Part shown: one piece after another, positions 11,401 to 20,153 of the stretch
Layout of the letters: the number at the start of each line of letters is the position of its first letter
Numbering within the stretch: the first letter of the stretch is position 1
IMG/VR virus record: IMGVR_UViG_3300027970_000021
Span: 1-64,000 of that record
DNA from: an uncultured virus (IMG/VR IMGVR_UViG_3300027970_000021)
Lineage: Duplodnaviria; Heunggongvirae; Uroviricota; Caudoviricetes
Reading direction: 5' to 3' (one strand)
DNA length: 64,000 nucleotides
Notes under the pieces: generated by a model
What the model was told of the DNA's origin: nothing
Seen by the model: only the letters and a program-made list of their open reading frames with translations
The model's database searches: none
Program-made: the position numbers and the translations under genes

Positions 11401-13396
11401 CATAGGTATGAAAATCGCTGGAGGTTGCTATTGTAATTTTTGGCGGCCTTCCAGCATTATACTCGTCTATTAAATCTTGAACGCCCAAAAGTTTAAATTG
11501 TCTTCTTTGGCGAGTTTGTGTATTCGCATAAAAAACAGAGGTCTTATAAAGCGAAACATCTCCGGCCTCGGGAGGAACATCGTTTGCTTGAACAATTCCT
11601 TCACCAGTGGTTTCGTTTGTATAAAGATTTGCTCCGAGGAAAATGTCAGGAGTGATATCCTGAACAGTTAGAGTTCCATCGGCGAGTTCTGTGTCGGTAG
11701 GAAATCCCTCAAATACAAGCTGAAGTTCATCAGAAGGAACCAGGTCATCAAGAACATCTGTTCCGACCGCAGTTACCTGTGCTGAACGATATACTTGATA
11801 AAAGTTATTGGTTGTTGCACTTTCAGGAATAGTAATTTCGAGGTACGACGTTACTGTCGTTGTAATCGCCAAGTCATCGACAAATTCTTGTCCAAGTTCG
11901 TCATTAAATACAATGGTTTTGCTAATAAAGGCATCTGCATCTGGAGGACCTGAACCTGAATAGGTACTAGCAAATTGTAGGGTGGTTGACGTAACGTTTG
12001 TAATTGTTTTGTATCCGTCAATACTAGCACTAATAAACCCAGAAAGATAAATCTGTTGTCCAATTTGTACATAGTCTCTTGGGTCGCCAACAGAAAATGT
12101 TACGGTGTAAGTAGACCCATCACCAGAACATGAGGCCGAGTCGATATTGAGAAGTCCGGTGCCCCCCGCGTCATTTGCAAGTAACGACTCGCGTGTAACG
12201 TTTTGAAGGGCCGTGATAATGGACTCCAAATAAGTCTGTAGGTCTTGAAGTTGTGTGTGGGTCGTGGGAGTTGACGGAGCGGAAGGAACTGTAATATTAC
12301 GGAAAGTTCCACTAGTAACTGTTGCCGAAGAGCTTGCAGTTACAGTGCCAGTGGCATCTGTGGTAAAACTTAGGGTATTTGCTGTGGGATCAATTGCTGT
12401 AATAGTTCTTAGGCCGTTGAGTGTTCCCGACGTTCCAGCCGTAAATCCGGATAGATAAATAACTTGGCCAATATCGAAATATTGTTTAACATTGCCTCCG
12501 TCATTTCCTCCAGTAGCAAAGGATACGGTACACGTTGTTCCAGAAATAACGGCAGGAGTTGCTGCTAATTCTAAAGGAATAGCTGCTGAAATTGCTCCGT
12601 CATTATCTGCATATAAAATATCGTTGTCAAGTTTCGCTGTAAGGCCTAATAAATTTGTATATAAATCGTTAGCATCTGAAGAATCCGTCAAGTTATAAAT
12701 AGCTTGATAGTTTCCATCAGTAATCATGCTTCCGAATTGATCCAATTGATCGAGTCTAAGAAGTAGATTATTAAAGTCCCTGGCAATAAGCTGCAACATT
12801 GGATTGTATAAAATGGTCTGTTCGGAAGGCGTTCCTAAAATTAGGTTATTGTTTAGGTCTCTTGAGGCCCAAACAACACGGTATGCAACAACCGAGTCTT
12901 GCTGAAACCAGGAGGTCTGGTCTCCTAATATAACTCCTAAACGAGCGGCAACATCCAAAGCTTTAATACCACCAGCATCGGTAATATAGCCAGCATTTGC
13001 GGTAAGATCTGTGGCTGTTTTTGCTGAGATCTTTTTAATACCAGCAGACGTTGTAAAATATAAATTCCCATTACTAGCAACAAATTTAATACGAAGACCT
13101 GGACTAGTTTCTTCATACGAACCGGAAAAATCTGTAAAATTCCCAGATCCATCATCAAAAGCTAGAGTATTGTCATAATGTAGGATAATACGGTCACGAT
13201 AAGCTCTTAGTTGATTAGCTCTTTGTTGAATAGAACCAAATGCAGAACCATACAACTTAAAGCCACGACGAGATTCAATGACATTATCACGACGGATAAT
13301 GACGTTCTCAGCCTTAACAAGACTTCCTGATGGAAGGTCAATATTATTAGGCGAATAGTTCAAACCTAGGGCTTTTAAATTAACCTGACTAGGCAT
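8417..13396 (-). CDS. large tail nozzle/stabilisation-type protein with inserted beta domains
   Basis: 1659 aa; NRIFYSKPGQPEAVP propeller-like motif; repeated T..PHGL..G....I...IDG...VT......FTV (FCCH-like) modules; follows adaptor. Confidence 0.65.
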   Translation of the reverse strand: MPSQVNLKALGLNYSPNNIDLPSGSLVKAENVIIRRDNVIESRRGFKLYGSAFGSIQQRANQLRAYRDRIILHYDNTLAFDDGSGNFTDFSGSYEETSPGLRIKFVASNGNLYFTTSAGIKKISAKTATDLTANAGYITDAGGIKALDVAARLGVILGDQTSWFQQDSVVAYRVVWASRDLNNNLILGTPSEQTILYNPMLQLIARDFNNLLLRLDQLDQFGSMITDGNYQAIYNLTDSSDANDLYTNLLGLTAKLDNDILYADNDGAISAAIPLELAATPAVISGTTCTVSFATGGNDGGNVKQYFDIGQVIYLSGFTAGTSGTLNGLRTITAIDPTANTLSFTTDATGTVTASSSATVTSGTFRNITVPSAPSTPTTHTQLQDLQTYLESIITALQNVTRESLLANDAGGTGLLNIDSASCSGDGSTYTVTFSVGDPRDYVQIGQQIYLSGFISASIDGYKTITNVTSTTLQFASTYSGSGPPDADAFISKTIVFNDELGQEFVDDLAITTTVTSYLEITIPESATTNNFYQVYRSAQVTAVGTDVLDDLVPSDELQLVFEGFPTDTELADGTLTVQDITPDIFLGANLYTNETTGEGIVQANDVPPEAGDVSLYKTSVFYANTQTRQRRQFKLLGVQDLIDEYNAGRPPKITIATSSDFHTYEFVTGREEETSLVCAAGSTALLASSYFNINSGNNENLYYFWFRVDNAGTDPALSGRTGLAIDVLSSDTSSQVAEKVKNCINTLLYDFNAEISSISTSTVLITTLEDGYVDDVVSTLPAGFTFTVTQQGRGEKVTQEVSVVTCVAGSAYAAAGTADYFSVFTPFGKQQYYVWFDRGSATDPNVFGLSGISIDTTGSETADQMAIKIQTALTDTGYFNVSVNTNQLTITSVDYGPTSPTTENVTSGGFTVSTSQEGELQVLLSTITSVGQAVENTAKSFVRVMNKNKGEVTYGYYLPGIDTNPGIMLLEGRDLPVPEFYILANNSTVAESFDPIVAPSVQISNIAAPELQATVTTSTPHGLNNLDKVLITNTDSTPSIDGIRVVTVINSTSFTVPVSTTANGTMGALIPLPSAEVSENEARPNRIFYSKPGQPEAVPLVNYFDVGPLENQILRIFPLRNSLFIFTEDGLYRVSGETGQYILEPFDLSCILIAPDSVDSSNNTIYAWTKKGIVTVTEASVDTRSRAIDTQILKLASSSYTNFATATWGIGYESDDSYLVWTVSNTNDTTATQCFRYSTLTQTWTTYEKQNTCGIVNPVDDRLVIGAGDVNQIEQERKDFTRTDYADRQYSLLLSSSGYPAPNTLEFSSVSDIEVGDVIEQSQTLSVFRFNSLLEKLDIDPSVPSDDYYSTLFAVSGDDMRSKMAALATKLDSEITESPTFSSLIASKTGTITGISVANPTVVTDSAHGLVSGRVITIASTDSFPVINGSREVTVLTANTFTVPVDVTTPGTTGTWSTQVESFQDIMACYNAMIDAMNTSTNFTFTNYSQIEYDTSFEAVVTAVNRNIKKVTLNVSPQFIVGEMTVFKSIPCSVTYAPETMGDPLGWKHLMEATIMFANRAFTKGKMGFSSDLIPLTTYVEFNSSGNGIFGTGTGPFGEGYFGGASNSSPFRTYVPRNYMRCRYINLSFLHSVAREEWSVYGVTISGNVGISTRAYRN

Positions 13397-13399
13397 TAT

Positions 13400-13873
13400 T
13401 TATTCCTTTTTTAAAGCTTTTAAACGGCCTTTAGCGCCCTTTAAGATATCATCATATTCATCAGCAACGGCTCGCCCTTTTATTAGCTGTGGGCTATCTA
13501 ATGCCTCTAGGGACTTTTCTACGGCCCTACGAGCCAAAGGAGCGGGCTCTGGTTTAATCTGGATATTATCTAGGGCGTTTCCGGCCTGTTCTATAAATTC
13601 CTGACCAGAAGCCGGAACCTTAGCACCTAAACCACGAAGGTAGTCTAAAAATTCCTTTTTTTCTATTAGGGGAAGGAGCTTCTTCTGAACAGCATGTTCT
13701 AGACTTTCTTCAATGACTGTCGGTCTGATAGGACCGATACTTCCGACAGCAGAAGCTCCGGATTCTGCTAGTTCCCGAACCCTTTCAGGATCGTTGACAT
13801 AAGGACGTGATAAGTCGTCAATTCCCTTTTGGGATTCGGCAATTTTTTGTTTGAGACGTTCTAAAAGACCCAT
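13400..13873 (-). CDS. hypothetical protein
   Basis: 157-aa ORF translationally coupled within the operon. Confidence 0.55.
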   Translation of the reverse strand: MGLLERLKQKIAESQKGIDDLSRPYVNDPERVRELAESGASAVGSIGPIRPTVIEESLEHAVQKKLLPLIEKKEFLDYLRGLGAKVPASGQEFIEQAGNALDNIQIKPEPAPLARRAVEKSLEALDSPQLIKGRAVADEYDDILKGAKGRLKALKKE

Positions 13874-15129
13874 TATGAATTCCTACGCCACCCGTTCCAT
13901 TTACCGTAACGTAAAATACTGTGTGTATTATTAACTTTTTTTGCAGCGCCTTCTACTCGATTAGATATCATCTTATTTTCAGCGCTAATAATGTCTTGAA
14001 TCTTAGCATTTGTAACTTGTAGTCCGGCTTGATCGCCAATTGCTGCTAATACTCTAGCGGAGCTTCTTTCTGCCAGCCCGTTATGAAGATCCGATGGGAT
14101 TTGCGGGATAATACATTCTCCGGCTGTGCAAATATAATCACCAATTTCAAAATTATCGGGAACTACCCCACTAGAAAATGTAATTTGATTGCCAGAAATT
14201 GCACTATTTGATAGTAGAATGTCAAATTTATATGTTTTATGCGCTCCGGGGGTTTGTAGAAAGTCGATTTTTGTATTATTCGCGATATTATCGGGAATAC
14301 TGTCAAACTGAACCACTTGTAATGGACTGATAATAATAGCATCCTCGTTTACAGTAGAGAAATCTGTTGTCACAATCGAGTACGAGACAGTTACGGTGGC
14401 AGTTGAGGGAGTTCCATTTGATGCTGAATATTCTCCGTTGGAATTTATAGCGTTCACTAGATTGGTAGCTGTCAAAATTGAAGATGCGCCAATTAAAAAC
14501 TCGTTACTTAAAGGAGATCCTGTTACGGCGGTAAACTGCTGTTCTCCGATAGTTAAAACGTCGCCATCGGCAATCGAAGCATTGTCAATTTCGATATTTT
14601 TTAGGAATGCCGTGGCCGTTGCTGCTCTATTAATTGGAACCAACTGGTTTGGACGCATGAAATAGTACATAACAAGCGAGCCCGTTGGAGACTGATTTGC
14701 TCCAGGGGTAATCACAATGTCAGACCCTTCCAAATAAAATCCCTGAATTACGTCTGGATTCGCTGCATTTTGCTGGAAGAAAGCCTTTTGACCTGCGTCA
14801 ATTTGCGTCATTTCATACAAATTACCGTAGTCTTGACCGGGAATAATTTGGTTATCAGCATAAAACACGTCACGAAGTTTATCACCAATAGCACGCTTAG
14901 GAATAGCATAGCGAGACTTATTAGATTGTAACGGGACAACAACGTACGATACAAAATATTCTTCGTGGTGCTCAAGAATAGCGGGAACTTGTCCGATCAT
15001 CATCTCCTCGTTAGCAAAATCGAGCAAATCCTGTTCGGAAAAGGTCGCAGAAGCTATTGGAAACGAGATCTTACGTTTTAGGGCAGCAATAAGCTGCGTG
15101 CTATTCATCCAAGACGTTGCATTTGCCAT
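13873..15129 (-). CDS. putative head-tail adaptor
   Basis: LLDFANEE...SRYAIPKRAI pattern and helical C-terminus; upstream of nozzle-like gene; AGGAG RBS. Confidence 0.55.
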   Translation of the reverse strand: MANATSWMNSTQLIAALKRKISFPIASATFSEQDLLDFANEEMMIGQVPAILEHHEEYFVSYVVVPLQSNKSRYAIPKRAIGDKLRDVFYADNQIIPGQDYGNLYEMTQIDAGQKAFFQQNAANPDVIQGFYLEGSDIVITPGANQSPTGSLVMYYFMRPNQLVPINRAATATAFLKNIEIDNASIADGDVLTIGEQQFTAVTGSPLSNEFLIGASSILTATNLVNAINSNGEYSASNGTPSTATVTVSYSIVTTDFSTVNEDAIIISPLQVVQFDSIPDNIANNTKIDFLQTPGAHKTYKFDILLSNSAISGNQITFSSGVVPDNFEIGDYICTAGECIIPQIPSDLHNGLAERSSARVLAAIGDQAGLQVTNAKIQDIISAENKMISNRVEGAAKKVNNTHSILRYGKWNGWRRNS

Positions 15130-15138
15130 GGAAACTCC

Positions 15139-15519
15139 TTAGGCTTTCTTTGCTTTTAGAGCCTCTTTTTTGGCTTGAAGTGAAGCGAGAAGTTCATCAA
15201 TTTGCTCTTCTGACATTTCTTCACCTTCCATGTCATTTTCCGGCTCACGATCTTCGCCGTCATCGGCAATCTCACCAAAACCACCCGCCTGACCTTCAAC
15301 AATCTCTTCGGCTTTTTCTAGACCAGACTTCAGCCCCTCGGGAGAGTCGGCGGCAACCGAAACTTTCTTAAGGCCCTGAAGAGGTTCTTTCATAGCACCC
15401 ATAGCTTCAGAACGAAGGCTGCTAAGAACAGACTTTTTGGCATCCTTTTCCATAGGGTCCATTTCACAGTCTTTGCCACCTTTAAGCGACTTTAGCTTTT
15501 TTAACATTTCCATTTTCAT
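15139..15519 (-). CDS. hypothetical charged protein
   Basis: 126-aa ORF with AAGGA RBS. Confidence 0.6.
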   Translation of the reverse strand: MKMEMLKKLKSLKGGKDCEMDPMEKDAKKSVLSSLRSEAMGAMKEPLQGLKKVSVAADSPEGLKSGLEKAEEIVEGQAGGFGEIADDGEDREPENDMEGEEMSEEQIDELLASLQAKKEALKAKKA

Positions 15520-15528
15520 ATTAATTCC

Positions 15529-15765
15529 TTACTTAAGGTTTAGTGATGCAGAGCCCGAGCCTGCGCCAGAAGCCGCGATTGCTTGCGTAGTAGTGCGCGT
15601 AGCAATTTCGATCTGAGCGGGAGCACCGGCAGTAATCTGAAGAAGAAGGTTTAGGACTTGCTGGACTACTTCATGGGGTTTGGTGCTGTCTAGTTGTAGT
15701 TGCTGCGTCACTTGTCCGCAGTCTAGGGCTTGAGTCTCGATACGAATCATTACATAACCGGCCAT
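15529..15765 (-). CDS. hypothetical protein
   Basis: 78-aa ORF with AAGGAG RBS. Confidence 0.6.
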   Translation of the reverse strand: MAGYVMIRIETQALDCGQVTQQLQLDSTKPHEVVQQVLNLLLQITAGAPAQIEIATRTTTQAIAASGAGSGSASLNLK

Positions 15766-15774
15766 AATATCTCC

Positions 15775-16224
15775 TTATTTTAGAGCTAACAAAATCAACG
15801 TCAGAACAATTCCAACGCTGTTAATAATATATAGTAAGTTCATGTTTTTATGTTCTGTTATCGTCTTTTCAATAATAACAGGCTTCTCAATGACTTGGTA
15901 TTCCGTGATATATTTAGGAATCTCTACGATCTGCACTTCTTTGACAATAACCGGAACTTCGATTTTCTCGATTTGAACTTCTTTAACGACAATAGTTTTT
16001 TCAACTTCAAAGGGCTCTTTGACAATCTCAGGAATCTTAATTTCTTGTATTTCTTTGACAATGACAGGAACCTCGATCTTCTCAATCTTAATTTCTTGTG
16101 GGGCAGTTTTGATTTGCGACGAAATCACAGGCATTTCGCCGTTCACAATAAGAACTCTGGTTGCATTCATGTTCTCGTCATGCGTATCGCGGATAATTTG
16201 GTTTGAGTCTTTAAGAGTTAGCAT
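15775..16224 (-). CDS. membrane-anchored protein with E/K-V-P-V repeats
   Basis: Repeated EKIEVPVIVKE units and a C-terminal hydrophobic helix. Confidence 0.6.
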   Translation of the reverse strand: MLTLKDSNQIIRDTHDENMNATRVLIVNGEMPVISSQIKTAPQEIKIEKIEVPVIVKEIQEIKIPEIVKEPFEVEKTIVVKEVQIEKIEVPVIVKEVQIVEIPKYITEYQVIEKPVIIEKTITEHKNMNLLYIINSVGIVLTLILLALK

Positions 16225-17774
16225 TATACCGCCGTCGTGATCGCTCTAAATTTCATTGTTAATGCTGAGAATCCCGAATAGTTAGCCGAGGTATACTGAA
16301 TTTGTCCGGCGTCCGTAATAGTAAAAACGACAGAAGAGGCGTCGCCCACGGAAGTAATCCCCAATACCCAATCGGCCCCTCTTTGAATACCATTCAGTCT
16401 AAATTGCTCGAATAAATCACTAGTAGCATCCACAGAAACACTCACCAAAGCTTCAAAACTACGAACAGACGCATTTGAAAACGCAAGACCAGTAACGTTT
16501 GCTGGTGAAGATTGGTTGTTTGCTCCAGAAAATGAGGTTTGGTTAATATCGCCAGTTGAGGCGGTCGGAACTGAAGCCCACGAAAGAGTTCCCGACCCAT
16601 TAGTTGATAATACCTGACCAGTTGTTCCACTACTATCAGGGAAAAGAAGGGTCCTATTTGCTGTCAGTGTTTGTGGAATTGAAAAATCGTAACTAAAACC
16701 TGATCCGTCTGCGTCTCTCATTGAGAGTGTATTGGCGGTTTGGTTCATTTTGAGTGTGGCGGAAAGTCTTGTTCCAGAAAGCCCAGAACCGGAAGCTCCA
16801 CCAGTTGGGGAAACGTATAGGTTAATAGCACTTCCGTTTGATCCACGACCAGAAGAGGCCGTAATATTGATATTACCGCCGTTAAGATCTGATCCGGTTC
16901 CGGCAGCACTGGAAGAAATAGATATTGCGCGACCAGGAACTCCAGCACTGGGAGTCGTCACCGAAATTGCGGGACTTGTATTGTCAAAATTAAGGTTTGT
17001 GTTGATAGCTACAGACGCTAAATTAGATAGCGCAGTATTTGCTCCAGAGCCAGAAGGCGTTGTCCAAGTGCCATCAGCACGTAAGAAATTAGACGTTCCA
17101 CCACCAGATGCGGGAGCAAGACCCTTTAAGGAAGTGGTAAAGTTATCTAGGAGTGCAGTTACCTGTGTTCCGGTAAGGTCTGATGGGGACGTTGAGCCGC
17201 CTGTAGCGTTACCTTTAATAGTGGTGGCCGCCATGTTTGCAAGTTTTGCGTTAGAAACTGCGTTATTTGCAATAGTTGCTGCAGCAGATCCCGGACCAGA
17301 GGCGGTTACATCGCCAGTAAGGTCGGTAATATAATTACCAGTGGACTGCTTGCCGTTTAATTGTGTTTGAATATCAGAAGTTACTCCTGATAGGTATTGA
17401 AATTCTGAGCTTGTTACAGAACCATCTGCGATTTTAGTTGCATCAATTCCAGAAGAAAGAGTTGTTGCCCCGGTATTACTAATGGTAACAGCTCCGGACA
17501 TGGAAACCGCTGTGGCTAAATTTGAAGAATTACCAACAAAAATTTGGCCGTCTGTCAAAGAATATCCGCTGTCGGTGTTTACCCAAGCGCTACCATTCCA
17601 TACCCAAATTCGACCAGTATCAATGGCAACGCGAGCATCACCAGTAGTATTTCCAGAGGAAGGCAAAGCCGCCTGATTAGCGACAGCAGATTGCCAGGTG
17701 ATTGCGCCACCACCTCCACCACCACCTACGAGGTCGAACTGGCCTGTTAGGCAATTGTATCGGTAACCGGCCAT
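16224..17774 (-). CDS. tail fibre / spike-like protein (outer phage)
   Basis: 516 aa Gly/Ser/Thr-rich; fibre-type motifs GQIFVGNSSN, LSGVTSDIQTQLNGK, GQVLSTNGSGTLSW. Confidence 0.7.
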   Translation of the reverse strand: MAGYRYNCLTGQFDLVGGGGGGGAITWQSAVANQAALPSSGNTTGDARVAIDTGRIWVWNGSAWVNTDSGYSLTDGQIFVGNSSNLATAVSMSGAVTISNTGATTLSSGIDATKIADGSVTSSEFQYLSGVTSDIQTQLNGKQSTGNYITDLTGDVTASGPGSAAATIANNAVSNAKLANMAATTIKGNATGGSTSPSDLTGTQVTALLDNFTTSLKGLAPASGGGTSNFLRADGTWTTPSGSGANTALSNLASVAINTNLNFDNTSPAISVTTPSAGVPGRAISISSSAAGTGSDLNGGNINITASSGRGSNGSAINLYVSPTGGASGSGLSGTRLSATLKMNQTANTLSMRDADGSGFSYDFSIPQTLTANRTLLFPDSSGTTGQVLSTNGSGTLSWASVPTASTGDINQTSFSGANNQSSPANVTGLAFSNASVRSFEALVSVSVDATSDLFEQFRLNGIQRGADWVLGITSVGDASSVVFTITDAGQIQYTSANYSGFSALTMKFRAITTAV

Positions 17775-17775
17775 T

Positions 17776-18411
17776 TTATTTCTTCCTCATTGCTTTATGG
17801 GCATAATTATCGGTCTGTTTATGACAAACATGACATAACGTTCTACAGTTCGAAGCCTCAAAACGAAGTTCTGGGTAATTGCACCACTCTTTAATGTGGT
17901 CCATTTCTAACGATTTTCCTTTTTTGCTACATATTTGGCAAGAATAATTGTCACGTTTAAGAACTAGAATTCGTAACTCTCGGTATTCAATACTAGAACG
18001 AAGTCTTTGTGATTCAGAGGTTTTTCCGCCATCCCAACGATTTGAAAGCGGTCCTCGTTTACCTAATTTAGCGGCTCTCTGTTTTTGTCTTCCGGCTTCG
18101 GTGCTTAATGACTCAGGATTAAATAGCGCACGATATAATACTGGCTTATTCGATCTTTTACTTCCCCTTCGTGTTTCTGAAGCTTTTCTTTTAGCTTCGG
18201 GACAAGAATGGCCAATCTTAAGACCCTCTAAGTTGAAATTAATTTCCCCGGCAGCAATCTGACACTTCTTACACTTATCCTTAGTGTTTCCCTTTTCAAT
18301 ATTCCATTTTTGAGCATAAGAAACAATTCTTTCATGCTGACAATCTGGGCAAACGCAAATCCATTTGGTTTCACGCCGCGTAACGTCGGGATTGATTGGA
18401 ACTAGCATCAT
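17776..18411 (-). CDS. free-standing HNH endonuclease
   Basis: RDNYSCQIC...MDHIK...NCRTLCHVCH HNH/zinc motif; N-terminal CxxC pairs. Confidence 0.85.
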   Translation of the reverse strand: MMLVPINPDVTRRETKWICVCPDCQHERIVSYAQKWNIEKGNTKDKCKKCQIAAGEINFNLEGLKIGHSCPEAKRKASETRRGSKRSNKPVLYRALFNPESLSTEAGRQKQRAAKLGKRGPLSNRWDGGKTSESQRLRSSIEYRELRILVLKRDNYSCQICSKKGKSLEMDHIKEWCNYPELRFEASNCRTLCHVCHKQTDNYAHKAMRKK

Positions 18412-18415
18412 ATAA

Positions 18416-18685
18416 TTAACTAATCCGTTCGGCTGAAACTAAAACGTCACGATTTCCATTCGTATAAATAATTCTGAGCGAGTACAGAGCAATTCCGTTC
18501 TCAGAAAATGCATAGGTTTCTGTGTCATTAGAAACCGTTGTGGTGCTAATGGTCATCTCAACTTTATTACCAATAAGACCAACAAGAAACCCATTGGTAG
18601 AGATTGTCTTATCTACGTCATTAAATACAGAACGAATAGCTTGTGCCATGTCTTTATCGGACATTGGCTTTGTGGTGTTTGCCAT
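18416..18685 (-). CDS. small structural-type protein
   Basis: 89 aa, coupled to upstream gene. Confidence 0.55.
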   Translation of the reverse strand: MANTTKPMSDKDMAQAIRSVFNDVDKTISTNGFLVGLIGNKVEMTISTTTVSNDTETYAFSENGIALYSLRIIYTNGNRDVLVSAERIS

Positions 18686-18888
18686 TAGTCACCCTTCATG
18701 TGTTTTTTAATCTTGGACCATTTACCTTTAGACTCGGGAAGCTTTTTATAGGCTTTCTTCCCTTTATTATCGGATGTGAATTCTTTGGCCTTTTCTGGCG
18801 AAAGACTTTTAGGAGCGTCAAACATATTCTCTTTATTATTTTGGACAGCTTTCATAAAGCGAAATTGACGTTTTGAGACGCTAGGCAT
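18685..18888 (-). CDS. small basic phage protein
   Basis: 67 aa MPSVSKRQFRFM...; starts 3 nt after the fibre stop codon. Confidence 0.6.
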   Translation of the reverse strand: MPSVSKRQFRFMKAVQNNKENMFDAPKSLSPEKAKEFTSDNKGKKAYKKLPESKGKWSKIKKHMKGD

Positions 18889-18890
18889 AA

Positions 18891-20153
18891 TTAGTTTCCG
18901 ACCCTCTCGACGTTGAAATAAGTATTTGCAGTAGTTCCCGAAATTGTGAGTGTGCTTGCCGAGTTGTTTCCAAGGCCGTATAGGAAGATTTCAACGTAAT
19001 CCCCAGCATTCAACTGAAGCGTCGTGCTTCCATTGAACGCGTTGATTGTCGTTGCGGCAGATGTTCTGTACCCAAACAGACGAGCGGACGCTCCGTTTTT
19101 GTAGAGGTAAAGCCCGTAATCAGATGCGAGCACGTTAGCTGAGGCGAGCAGGACTGCGGAGCTTATGCGGTACTTACCCGATACGGGTGCAGTGAATCTG
19201 CTGTTTGCTGAGCTAAATGATCCGGTCGTGTCAAACACTGCGGAAGAAAAAGCTACCTTAACGAAACTATTATTCGTCGCGATCCCTGTTTGGTTAGACC
19301 CTCCAAGTGTTGCATCCATCGCGACTGTTTCACTCGCCGCGATCTGCGACGGGCCGGAGATACGCGAGATTGAGAAGTAGTTGTCAACAACACTACCTCC
19401 GACATTCAATGCTCCACCTGAGTTTTGGAAAACTTGAATCCCTACCGTGTCCCCTGCATTGAACAAATATTCTGTTGCACCATTCAAAAACGTACCTGCA
19501 GAAGCCGTAGGGTCGAATATGTATGCCAGTGTGCGGATATTGCTTCCGTTTACACGCAGACGAACCTCACGACCGTTCGTCGAGCTTGCGGCAAAACTTA
19601 CTTGAGTCGTAATCCTATACCAGCCGGGGACTGGAATCGTGTAGAGACTTGTACCGGTATTCCAAGCCCCGTGCGTGTCGCTGATTGCGGCATCGAACGC
19701 TACGAGTGTTCCGGTGCTGTCTGGAATTGACTGAGTGGCTGCGCGGCCTGTAGTCATTGCCACGACGCGAGTGTCCGTCTCAGACGACATCTGCACTTGA
19801 GACGACCATCCGGTGATGGGGACGAGGAAAGATCCGCCAAAAACCGTGTTGTTGGCCCAAGCCGTCCCTAACGTGCCATTGAAATAATTATCTGCCTGTT
19901 GGCTAATGATTGCGACCGTTGTTGGAGAACCTGTGGCTACGAGAATATTGCCTGACCATGGGGTTTTAGATGCGGTAAGCGCCCCCACAACAGAGTTGTT
20001 TACGGCTCTAGTTATGTCCATAGAAAGGCCGCTTGGCAGCGAAATAGAAACTGGTGATCCAGAATTTGTTCCAGAAGTAACTGTAAACATGACTTCAAGA
20101 GAATCACCTACGCGCCGATACTTGGCGATAGATGCAGAAACAGTTCCTAGGCC
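18891..20153. repeat. direct repeat copy 1 (~1.26 kb; identical core 19762-20153)
   Basis: Aligned by eye to 57153-58415 at constant offset 38262; weaker protein-level similarity continues to ~20700. Confidence 0.97.
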
